Positions 56,219-64,000 of a DNA stretch of 64,000 bases are shown here, piece by piece. The stretch is taken from the IMG/VR virus record IMGVR_UViG_2926647115_000001. The stretch is one strand, 5' to 3'. Both the position numbers and the translations under genes were made by a program. The notes under the pieces were generated by a model that did not search any database, was not told the DNA's origin, and was given only the letters and a program-made list of their open reading frames with translations. This DNA comes from a virus. Its lineage: Duplodnaviria; Caudoviricetes. The stretch's first letter is position 1. The number at the start of each line of letters is the position of its first letter.

Positions 56219-56533
56219 ATGGGCGGCCGGGAGGCGCCGGCGGTGGGGGTGCGCTCGTGCCGCCGGTGCGGTGGCCGGTTCACGCGGGAACGGCCGTTGG
56301 TGTGTCGGGGGTTGCACGGCCAGTGCTACGACCACGCGCGTGCGGTGGGTGAGCTGCATCGGTATCCGGTGACGCGGCGCACGATCGATCGGGAGGAGAT
56401 GGCCCGGTTGGAGGCTGCGGGGTTGTCGACTGGGGAGATCGCGGAGCGGTTCAGGGTGTCGCCGGGGGCGGTGCGGGTGGCGCGGCATCGGCTGCGGCGT
56501 GGGGGTGCCGTCGTGCCTGGGGGCGGATCGTAG
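56219..56533 (+). CDS. Zn-finger + HTH protein
   Basis: CRRC..RGLHGQCY; GLSTGEIAERFRVS. Confidence 0.55.
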   Translation: MGGREAPAVGVRSCRRCGGRFTRERPLVCRGLHGQCYDHARAVGELHRYPVTRRTIDREEMARLEAAGLSTGEIAERFRVSPGAVRVARHRLRRGGAVVPGGGS

Positions 56534-56655
56534 GCTGTCCTCCCCCGGCGCTGCCGCTGTGAGCGGTCCGTGGCGGGTGTTCCCGCAGGTCAAAACCCTT
56601 GACTATGTTCAGGGTTTTGGATTAACCTTGCGATACCGCAAGGGAAAGGCGCATA

Positions 56656-56910
56656 ATGGGACGCGAGGACGAGCTGGAGAAGCTGATCGCCTGGGCCGAG
56701 TCCCAGGGCTGGACGGTCAAGACCGACAAGAAGGGGTACCGCCACTTCTACAACCCGGCCGGCGACTGGGTTGTCCGCCACCCCGCCACACCCGGCAACC
56801 CGCGTCGACGACTGGCCGAGGTCCAGACCGCGCTCAAACGCAACGGCCTGGAGGTCCCGCCGCCCAGCAGGGCAGAACAGCGACGCCGCGCCCGCAAGGA
56901 GGCCGACTGA
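56656..56910 (+). CDS. HicA-like toxin
   Basis: LIAWAESQGWTV...GYRHFYNP.G..HPATP..LKRNGL; TTGACT..TAACCT promoter upstream. Confidence 0.6.
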   Translation: MGREDELEKLIAWAESQGWTVKTDKKGYRHFYNPAGDWVVRHPATPGNPRRRLAEVQTALKRNGLEVPPPSRAEQRRRARKEAD

Positions 56911-57629
56911 TGAAGAACTGGACCGTGGAGGTGCTTGTCCGGGTCCAGGGCAAGCAGCTCGACAACGACGACCTGATCGCCCTCGCGGACCTGGCCGACG
57001 AGCAGCACGAGTGGACCCTGGCCCGGTGGGAGCTGGGCAACGGGTTCTGGATCATCGGCGACGCTGACGCAGTGACGACGGCCGAGGCCGCCGACAAGCT
57101 GTACCAGGCCGTCGCCGCGTGGATCGACCCGCTGCCGCTGAACGCGTCGGTGGCGAGCGTGCGTGCGGTGGACCCGGACGTGTTCGAGATGGAGACCGAG
57201 CAGTCGACGGTGCCGGAGCTGGTGTCGTCGGTGGAGGCTGCGGAGATCCTGGGCGTGACCAGGCAGCGGGTGAACCAGCTGGCCGACCGGCCCGACTTCC
57301 CGGCGCCGCTGTACCGCCTCAAGACCGGGCCGTTGTGGACGCGGATGTCGGTCGAGGCGTTCGGTAAGCGGTGGGTGCGCAAGCCGGGTAGGCCGCGGAA
57401 GGCTGAGCCGGATGGTGGCGACGAGCTGCGTCAGGCTCTCGGCACCGTGACATCGATGGTGGGCCGGGCGACGCGGTCGGCGGTGACCGGCAAGTTCACG
57501 TCGAAGACGACACCCAAGAACGGGGTGGTCCGGGCCACCAAGGCCGCGGCGAGGCTCGGTGGCGCGGTGGCCGGCCGGTCGACGGCGGCGCGGCAGATGC
57601 CGGGCGCGAAGAAGCGCGGGAACGCGTGA
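56910..57629 (+). CDS. HicB-like antitoxin with AlpA/Xis-type HTH and basic tail
   Basis: Coupled to toxin; ELVSSVEAAEILGVTRQRVNQL..PDFPAP..GPLW. Confidence 0.6.
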   Translation: MKNWTVEVLVRVQGKQLDNDDLIALADLADEQHEWTLARWELGNGFWIIGDADAVTTAEAADKLYQAVAAWIDPLPLNASVASVRAVDPDVFEMETEQSTVPELVSSVEAAEILGVTRQRVNQLADRPDFPAPLYRLKTGPLWTRMSVEAFGKRWVRKPGRPRKAEPDGGDELRQALGTVTSMVGRATRSAVTGKFTSKTTPKNGVVRATKAAARLGGAVAGRSTAARQMPGAKKRGNA

Positions 57630-57945
57630 CGGTGGTGCACGTCGAGAGCTGAATACCTGCCCTGACGGGCGCGAGCAGGCCCCCGGGACCGTTTGGTCTC
57701 GGGGGCCTGTTGCGTGTCACGGGACTCTGCGGATGTTGCGGTCGGCGTTGCCTCCTCGAACCCGTTACGGGTATAGTCGTTAACAACAGCGGATGGCCGC
57801 AACACCCGGAGGGCCCGTGACCGACACTCTGACCACCCCCGACCACCACGTCGAGGGTGTCGAGTGCGTCGGCGGCGACACGGTGTGCGACTACCGCCGC
57901 ATCCACGGCTGACCGCTACCCGTTCCGCAACCACAAGGAGACCCC

Positions 57946-58485
57946 GTGCGCACCGCGCGCCGCTTCCTCGCCGCCGCGATCCTCGCCGCAACCGCCATCA
58001 CCGCCAACGCGACCCCGGCGGCAGCCGCGAACCCCACTCACATGCCCGTCCCCGCCAAGGGCCGCGGCTGCGACTACCAGACCACCCTGCAGACCACGCT
58101 TCGGGCGCTGCACGAGGACCCTGCCGACTGGTCCGTGGTGGACATGGCCGACGACCCGACCATCGCGGGCGTCACCCGCTACCCCGAGAACACCGTCCGC
58201 ATGAACGCGGCGCTGCCGTGCGACCTGATCGCCGACGTCGCCCGCCACGAGCACATCCACCGTGTGCAGTGGGCCGTGTTTGGCCGCAGCGACGCCAAGA
58301 CCCCGCTGGAAGACGCGTTCGGCGGCGACGAAGAGGTCGAACGCGTCGCTGACTGCGGCGCGATCCAGCTTGGGGCTGAGTACACGTACTACCTCGGCAG
58401 CGACCCCACGCTGTGCACGTCGCGGGAGAACCACGCCGCTCGGCTTCTGAACGACTGGTGGACCGCTCACCAGGCCGGCGCCTGA
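57946..58485 (+). CDS. Secreted zincin-like metalloprotease
   Basis: Signal peptide, RHEHIH (HExxH), ERVADC. Confidence 0.65.
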   Translation: MRTARRFLAAAILAATAITANATPAAAANPTHMPVPAKGRGCDYQTTLQTTLRALHEDPADWSVVDMADDPTIAGVTRYPENTVRMNAALPCDLIADVARHEHIHRVQWAVFGRSDAKTPLEDAFGGDEEVERVADCGAIQLGAEYTYYLGSDPTLCTSRENHAARLLNDWWTAHQAGA

Positions 58486-58517
58486 CCCTTCGCCCGACCC
58501 CACCCCTGGAGAACCCC

Positions 58518-58697
58518 ATGGATCGCCGAAAAGCTGCCCGAGAAGCACGATTCCGGGCCGGACTTTTCATCGAGACTGCGCTCGCCGGAGTCGAGTGGGA
58601 TCGCACCGATCTCAGCGAGGACGACGCCGAGAAGGTCGAGCGTGAGATGACGAAGATCGCGAAGCGGCTCATCCGCTCGTCCGGACGGGAGGCGTGA
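58518..58697 (+). CDS. Small hypothetical protein
   Basis: GGAG RBS. Confidence 0.45.
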   Translation: MDRRKAAREARFRAGLFIETALAGVEWDRTDLSEDDAEKVEREMTKIAKRLIRSSGREA

Positions 58698-59464
58698 TGA
58701 CCACCCACGACGAACAGCGCGTAGAACTGGCCCGGGACCTGGACACCGCGGTGAACACCGTGCCGTGGGAACGCGACGACCTCGCCCGCTACCTGGTCGA
58801 GCAGGGCTGGCGGAAGCAGGGGGCCGCAGACCCGGAGCTTCCTCAGCGCGTCGCTGACGACATCGAGAACCTGCTGCACGAGTTCGACGGTGTCGCCGTG
58901 AAGCGGATCATCGCCGACGAAATCGTCAACCGGATCGTGTGGCGCTACCTCGGCCAGAGGGCCGCAGCCGACGACACCGCCGGATCTCGCGCCGAGCCTG
59001 ATCGGGTGCGCGCCGAGCGTGATGCGTTCGTCAAGGCCGGGCGGGCACTCGTGCGGGAACACGACTGGCTCAAGGGCCAGCGCGACGACCTCCAGGCCCG
59101 CAACGACGCAGCACGAGGCATCGCGGAGGAGATGCGCTCGCAGCTCGTCAACGGTCCGGAGCTGAACGACGTCCTCCGCATCCTCGCCGCTCTTGGAGGA
59201 GGTGGAGATCTTTCCGGCGGGTTGGGGGTGGACCAGCCCAACCCCCCGAACCCGCCCGCCGGGACGCGCGTGAAGGTCACAGCCCGCCAGTGGAGGGGCT
59301 GGACGGGTGAGCTGGTGGAAGCGAGGGACGCCGAGGCCGCTGAGCGGTGGCCGTTCTGGTTCCTCCCGGACAACGGGCACGCGCGGATCGGGCTACGTCG
59401 TGAGGAGTTCGTGGTCTGTCCGGCTTCGGAGACCAGCGGCCCGCAGGAAGGACAGCGGCGGTGA
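58694..59464 (+). CDS. Mosaic hypothetical protein
   Basis: Shares modules with 44711-45727 and 46303-47025. Confidence 0.55.
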   Translation: MMTTHDEQRVELARDLDTAVNTVPWERDDLARYLVEQGWRKQGAADPELPQRVADDIENLLHEFDGVAVKRIIADEIVNRIVWRYLGQRAAADDTAGSRAEPDRVRAERDAFVKAGRALVREHDWLKGQRDDLQARNDAARGIAEEMRSQLVNGPELNDVLRILAALGGGGDLSGGLGVDQPNPPNPPAGTRVKVTARQWRGWTGELVEARDAEAAERWPFWFLPDNGHARIGLRREEFVVCPASETSGPQEGQRR

Positions 59465-60267
59465 CCGCGCGCGAACTCACCCCTCACGAGGTCGAGGCCC
59501 TTGCCCGCGCCGAGCGGCTCGGCCACCACGTCGAGTACGACCCGCCCGCCGGGATGACCGCTGCTCGACGCTGGACCTGCACGCGCTGCGGATCGGGCGT
59601 CCTCGTCCGGGGTGCTGTGGTCTACGGGTCCGCGACGGAACAGCCCTGCGAGGCCGTCGAGGCTCCTCGAACCGACCCCCTTCCGGCCGAGCGTGCCGCG
59701 TGCACGGACGTGCGCTGCTCCCGCATCGACGGCCGCTGTGTGGGCTACCACTGTGCCCACTGCGGCCAGCCTTCCAGCATGCTCGGGCACCCCGAGTGCC
59801 GCGAGCGTGCCCGCGTGACGTCCCCCGCGGCCCCGGATGCGGCGAACACCGGTCCTGGCCCGGTTCAGGTGCCGGGAGGTGTCGCTACCGCGTCTACGGC
59901 CCGCTCAGGGCCGAAGCGGATTCAGCGTCGCCGCACCAAGGGGTGGCGTATGCCCGAAGGGGCGGTGTACGTCGGCCGCCCGACACGGTGGGGCAACCCG
60001 TGCGACTGGCGCGCCTACCCCACCATGCACCACGACGCCGAAGGCGAAGCGTGGCCGATCTCCGACGCCGAGCGGCGCCGGTTCGCGGTCTCCGACTTCG
60101 AGGCCGAGGTGGTATACGGGGCGGGCAGGCGAGCCAGCTATCCGAGCGATGAGGAGATCCGGCGCGAGCTGCGCGGCCGGCACCTCGTGTGCTGGTGCCC
60201 GCTCGACCAGCCGTGCCACGCGGACCTGCTCCTGCGCATCGCCAACAGTCCGGAGGGTCTGCGGTGA
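59461..60267 (+). CDS. DUF4326 domain protein
   Basis: RIQRRRTKGWRMP..YVGRPTRWGNP..LRG..L.CWC...CHAD.L. Confidence 0.8.
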   Translation: MTARELTPHEVEALARAERLGHHVEYDPPAGMTAARRWTCTRCGSGVLVRGAVVYGSATEQPCEAVEAPRTDPLPAERAACTDVRCSRIDGRCVGYHCAHCGQPSSMLGHPECRERARVTSPAAPDAANTGPGPVQVPGGVATASTARSGPKRIQRRRTKGWRMPEGAVYVGRPTRWGNPCDWRAYPTMHHDAEGEAWPISDAERRRFAVSDFEAEVVYGAGRRASYPSDEEIRRELRGRHLVCWCPLDQPCHADLLLRIANSPEGLR

Positions 60268-61085
60268 GCAGGCCGCCGTTCACGTACTTCGGCGGGAAGA
60301 CCCGGTTGGCTGATCGGATCGTGGCCGCGTTCCCGCCCCACGAGCACTACGTCGAGCCGTTCGCAGGGTCGCTCGCCGTGTTGCTCGCGAAGGCGCCGAG
60401 TCGCATGGAGACGGTCAACGACTTGGACCGGGAGCTGATGACGTTCTGGCGGGTGCTGCGTGACCAGCCCGCCGAGCTGGCGCGCGTGTGCGCGTTGACG
60501 CCGCACTCCCGTGCCGAGCACCTGGAAGCCTACGACCGGCCGGACACCCTCGACGACCTCGAGCGGGCGCGGCGGGTGTGGGTGTGTCTCACCCAGGGCC
60601 GCGCCGGGGTGCTGCGCAAGACCGGGTGGCGGCATCACGTCAACCCGTCCGGGCACAGCTTCGGGATGCCGGGGTACCTCGAGGCCTACGTCGAGCGGAT
60701 CCTCGACGCGGCCGAGCGGATCTCGCGGGTCTCGCTCGAGTGCCGGCCCGCGCTGGACGTGATCGCCGACTACGGCAGTCACCCGGGCGTGCTGCTGTAC
60801 GTGGACCCGCCGTACCTCGGTTCGGCGCGGGTGTGGGGCAACAACTACCGGCACGAGCTGCGCGGCGAGACCGAGCACCGCGAGCTTGCGGAGGCGCTGC
60901 TGTCCTGCAAGGCGTCGGTGGTGCTGTCCGGCTACGACTCGTCGCTGTACGCCGAGCTGTACGACGGGTGGCACGTCACCCGCATGGACGCCACAACGAG
61001 CCAGGGCGGCGCGAACAGTGCCCGCACCGAGGTGCTGTGGTCCAACCGGCTGCCGGAGCCTGACCTGTTTGGAGCGATCGCGTGA
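60264..61085 (+). CDS. DNA adenine methyltransferase (Dam/D12 class)
   Basis: YFGGK, YVEPFAGS, YVDPPY, EVLWSN. Confidence 0.92.
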   Translation: MSRPPFTYFGGKTRLADRIVAAFPPHEHYVEPFAGSLAVLLAKAPSRMETVNDLDRELMTFWRVLRDQPAELARVCALTPHSRAEHLEAYDRPDTLDDLERARRVWVCLTQGRAGVLRKTGWRHHVNPSGHSFGMPGYLEAYVERILDAAERISRVSLECRPALDVIADYGSHPGVLLYVDPPYLGSARVWGNNYRHELRGETEHRELAEALLSCKASVVLSGYDSSLYAELYDGWHVTRMDATTSQGGANSARTEVLWSNRLPEPDLFGAIA

Positions 61086-61444
61086 CCACCGAGGAAGAGT
61101 TCACCGCCGAGCAGCAGGCGTGGGCCGCAGCCGGCGAGCGGCGCCACGCCGTCGACCAGCTCCCGGAGCGGCCAGCGGACGCGGTGTGCGAGGCGGTCGG
61201 GGACGCGGTGGCCGAAGCGCTCGCCACAGGCGCGTTCGACGAGCACCTGCGCGGGAAAGGGTGGGTGCTGGTGCACGTCGGTGACGGCACCTGCCCCGAG
61301 CCCCCAACCACGTGGCTGCACGAGGGCCTGGATCTGACCGAGCCCGGCGGGCTGGTCGACCCGATCGGGCACCTCGCGGCGATGTGGCGCGAGGCGTGGG
61401 AGGCCGGCAACCGCGTCGGACGTGCCAACGGTGGCGTGTCATGA
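61082..61444 (+). CDS. Hypothetical protein
   Basis: Coupled ORF. Confidence 0.5.
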   Translation: MTTEEEFTAEQQAWAAAGERRHAVDQLPERPADAVCEAVGDAVAEALATGAFDEHLRGKGWVLVHVGDGTCPEPPTTWLHEGLDLTEPGGLVDPIGHLAAMWREAWEAGNRVGRANGGVS

Positions 61445-61492
61445 CCGGCTCCGCCTACGCGGTCGCCTTCGGGCAGCGGGCAGGATGACCTC

Positions 61493-61726
61493 ATGTTCAA
61501 ACGCAAGAAGCCCACTCCGCCCCCGCCCGGACAGTTCGTGGCGAAGTACGACGGGGAATGCGCCGCATGCGGGGCTGGCATCAAAGCCGGGGACCAGGTG
61601 GGGCGAGTGTTCATGGCGCGACGCCGGATCGGTGGCGGCATCGCTGACGACCCCCGCAACCGTGTCTGCTGCGCTCGCTGTCACGCCGACGCTGCAGTCA
61701 AAGGCGACCCGTCACTGAGGTGGTGA
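61493..61726 (+). CDS. Small Zn-binding protein
   Basis: AKYDGECAACG..I..G..CARC. Confidence 0.5.
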   Translation: MFKRKKPTPPPPGQFVAKYDGECAACGAGIKAGDQVGRVFMARRRIGGGIADDPRNRVCCARCHADAAVKGDPSLRW

Positions 61727-61995
61727 CCGGGGACAGTCGTTGATACGACCGTGGTAAAACGGCGCACCCCACGGTGCGGCCCGGCATCCGGCTGGCGGGC
61801 AGTGCCGGGTTCCGCCGCGGGGATCGCTCACGTCCGGCGGGCGGTGGCCTGGTCCGGGTCGCGGTAGCTGAACGAACCGAGCCCGGCGGCGGGTGCAGTC
61901 ACGAATACAGCCACGAGAATCGCCGCTCTCAGCGGCACGACAAAGGCCCGCCACCGCGAAGGTGACGGGCCTCCGTGTCGCCCTCCCCAAGGGAC

Positions 61996-63618
61996 CTACC
62001 GCTGATTCGCGGCGATGTCCCAAGCCTGCTCACGCTGCCGATCCTCACCCGTGGACTCCAGCCGCGCCCAATCCTGCTCGTGCGTCCGCCGGAACTCCGT
62101 CTGCGACTCGCCGATCTGCTCAGCCACACCGTTCGCCAGCGTGCCGAACCGGTCCACAACCTCCATCATCGCGGGCTCCAGCCGCACCGACCCCTTCGCC
62201 GCCTCCGAGAACCGGCGGAACAGACCACCGATCGCCTGGCTGGCCTGCGCCGCGCCGCCGAGCTCGTCGTACAGCTCCGACGCCGACCGGAAGTGATCGA
62301 TCGGGGTGCCGGCGGCCTCGACCAGCGGCGCGAACCGGGTGTTGCCCGCGGCGGCCGCGCCGACACCGCCAGCCGCCGCGGCGGCCTCGTTGGCGCGGAC
62401 GACCCGCGCGCGGTGCTTTCCTCCGCTCATCGTCCCTCCTGGGGTGTCTCGCGGGATCCGCTGGCCGGGCTTCTGGGGGAGTTTCCGGAAGTCGCTCGGG
62501 CCGTTGATGTCGCGGGGTCCCTTGGGTTTCGGTGGTGTTGCGGTGGGCTTGGGGTTGCCCATGGTGGTGTTGCGCTTCCGGTTGCGAAGTTTAGCAGCTT
62601 GGGCAAGTTTCGACGTGAACTGTTTGAGGCCGAGTGGGTTTTTTCCTGTGGCGTGTCGGGGTTTGCGGGGGTTGTTGCGAGCCCCGGGGGTGGGGGTTTT
62701 CCGGGGGCGGTTGGGGTTGTGGGTGCGGCCCCTGCCGCCGAGGAGGCCGCGGGCACGGCTGCGGCCCGGGTTGTTGCGGCGCCCGGCGAGGATGCCTTTA
62801 CCGCGGCCTGGGGTGCGCCCGTGGCTGGGGCTGCTGCGGTGACCGCGGCGGCCGCTGGTGGCGGCGCCGCCGCGTTTGCTGCGTTTGGTGCCGGTGTGGC
62901 CGCTGCTGCGGGTGCCGGTGGTCTTGGTGCTCTTGCCGGTCGCGGTGCGGCGGGTGGGGCGGGTGTTGGCGGGGCGTTTGCTGGCGAGGCGGGCGGCGAC
63001 GCTGTTGGGGTTGCGGCGTGCGGTGCGGGCGGCGAGGGGGTTGGTGCGGCCCCGGGCGGTGCGGGTGGCGCGGCTGCGGCGGCCGAGGCCGGGGATGCCG
63101 AGGCGGGAGCGGCCGGGGCCGCGGCCGCGGGTGTTGCTGCGTCCAGGGCCGGAGCGGCCGAAGCCCGGGCCACCCTTGGAGCCGGTGGGACGACCGCGGC
63201 GGCCGAGGCCGAGTCCCTGACTGCCAGGGCGGGCCGCGCCGCGTCGGCGGGCGCCGGTGGTGCCGGGGTGGGAGAGGCTGGCCAGGCGGCGTCGGGCGCG
63301 GGCTGTTCCGGCCGGGCTGGTGGCGCGGGCGCCGCGGGTGCCGTTGCCGGCGCGGCGCGGGTCGGGTGTGCGGAGTCCGAGGCGTGCGGCGATGGTGGGG
63401 CCGAGCTTGCGGGCGCCGTAGCTGACGGCGACTGCGCCACCGGCGGCGGCGCTGGTGATGGCGAGGCCGGTGGGGCCGAAGTGCATGCCGATGGTTTGGG
63501 CTCCGCCTGCGGCGGCGAGGGTTTCGGCGGCGAGCGCGGGTTTCGACGTGAGGCGGCGGGGCTTGGGCTGGTCGGCCAGTTCGGTGTCCGGGGCCGGGGT
63601 CTTGGGCTTGCCGGTCAT
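61996..63618 (-). CDS. Arg/Gly-rich protein with helical C-terminal domain, resembling the tra-associated genes of actinomycete conjugative elements
   Basis: N-terminal hydrophobic segment, basic low-complexity linker, FRRTHEQDWARLE..REQAWD C-terminus. Confidence 0.5.
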   Translation of the reverse strand: MTGKPKTPAPDTELADQPKPRRLTSKPALAAETLAAAGGAQTIGMHFGPTGLAITSAAAGGAVAVSYGARKLGPTIAARLGLRTPDPRRAGNGTRGARATSPAGTARARRRLASLSHPGTTGARRRGAARPGSQGLGLGRRGRPTGSKGGPGFGRSGPGRSNTRGRGPGRSRLGIPGLGRRSRATRTARGRTNPLAARTARRNPNSVAARLASKRPANTRPTRRTATGKSTKTTGTRSSGHTGTKRSKRGGAATSGRRGHRSSPSHGRTPGRGKGILAGRRNNPGRSRARGLLGGRGRTHNPNRPRKTPTPGARNNPRKPRHATGKNPLGLKQFTSKLAQAAKLRNRKRNTTMGNPKPTATPPKPKGPRDINGPSDFRKLPQKPGQRIPRDTPGGTMSGGKHRARVVRANEAAAAAGGVGAAAAGNTRFAPLVEAAGTPIDHFRSASELYDELGGAAQASQAIGGLFRRFSEAAKGSVRLEPAMMEVVDRFGTLANGVAEQIGESQTEFRRTHEQDWARLESTGEDRQREQAWDIAANQR

Positions 63619-63655
63619 CCTCGGTTCCTCCTCGGTTCCTCCTCGCCGAGGAGGT

Positions 63656-64000
63656 CTACTGCGGCTGGTAGTGGGGGTGGTTGGGGTAGCTGGAGGCGAG
63701 CTGCTGTTGGCGGGCGGCGGCCTGCTGGTCCTCGAAGGACTTCTGCATGAGCATGCCGACGACGAGGTTGATGGCGTCTTTGGCGTCCTGGAGGGCGGGG
63801 AGGATGACGCCGTACTTGAGGTGGCGGGTGACGCCGGTGTCGTCGGCTTGGTAGGTGGGGTCGTCGTCGGGGTCGGTGTCGGTGTCGGGTTCGGGTTCGG
63901 TGGCGCGGATGGGTGCGGTGTAGGTGTCGAAGTCGCGGATGCGGGTGTTGAGGGCGCTGGCGAGGTGTGCCCAGTCGGCGGCGAGGGTTTCTGCGCTGGT
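63656..64000 (-). CDS. Hypothetical protein, 3' part
   Basis: Open frame from window end to TAG at 63656-63658. Confidence 0.55.
   Translation of the reverse strand, partial: TSAETLAADWAHLASALNTRIRDFDTYTAPIRATEPEPDTDTDPDDDPTYQADDTGVTRHLKYGVILPALQDAKDAINLVVGMLMQKSFEDQQAAARQQQLASSYPNHPHYQPQ

Larger units (their letters stand above)
1..64000. mobile_element. Interior of a large actinobacterial phage-plasmid / conjugative prophage (no boundaries or integrase in window)
   Basis: Terminase-portal-head genes, TraB/FtsK translocase, spread-like gene and dense small accessory ORFs; no host core genes. Confidence 0.85.

Noticed and set aside
228-63750. Many long antisense or alternate-frame ORFs (e.g. 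228-2519+, 37973-40180+, 53818-56094-, 61975-63750+)
   Set aside because: Shadow ORFs expected in high-GC DNA; they overlap motif-bearing genes and lack recognisable motifs

Overview
GC-rich actinobacterial DNA (Pseudonocardiaceae/Streptomyces-like codon usage, judged by eye). It contains no host housekeeping block and reads as the interior of one large mobile element combining tailed-phage and conjugative-plasmid modules, i.e. a probable phage-plasmid or conjugative prophage. Left end (minus strand), one tightly coupled operon: parB-like, dpdA-like transglycosylase, queC, queD, queE, folE (7-deazaguanine DNA modification), terS, terL, DUF1360-like, portal, and a MuF/2H-phosphoesterase/protease head fusion. 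Next come an mIHF homologue, an SDR/TetR cargo pair, tandem whiB genes, an FtsK/TraB-like translocase, and a DUF2637 spread-like gene carrying a polarised GGTTCC/GGAACC repeat array. About 40 kb of small accessory genes follow: C5 and N6 DNA methyltransferases, a stand-alone FtsK-gamma domain, nucleotidyltransferase, metallophosphoesterase, tRNA-Cys, a TerD-domain protein followed by a candidate small structured RNA, dcd, ssb, LPD29, DUF3560 and a HicAB-like pair. Several recurrent promoter/operator motifs (AACCTTACACAAGTTGCGCAACT, GGGTATAGTC, CGCAAC half-sites, LexA boxes) run through the window. The most novel-looking items are the TerD/TROVE-like protein plus ncRNA unit, the polar repeat array next to traB, the virion-linked 2H phosphoesterase and the element-wide operator network with a tandem-Phd candidate regulator. 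All family assignments come from motif recognition by eye; no database searches were run.
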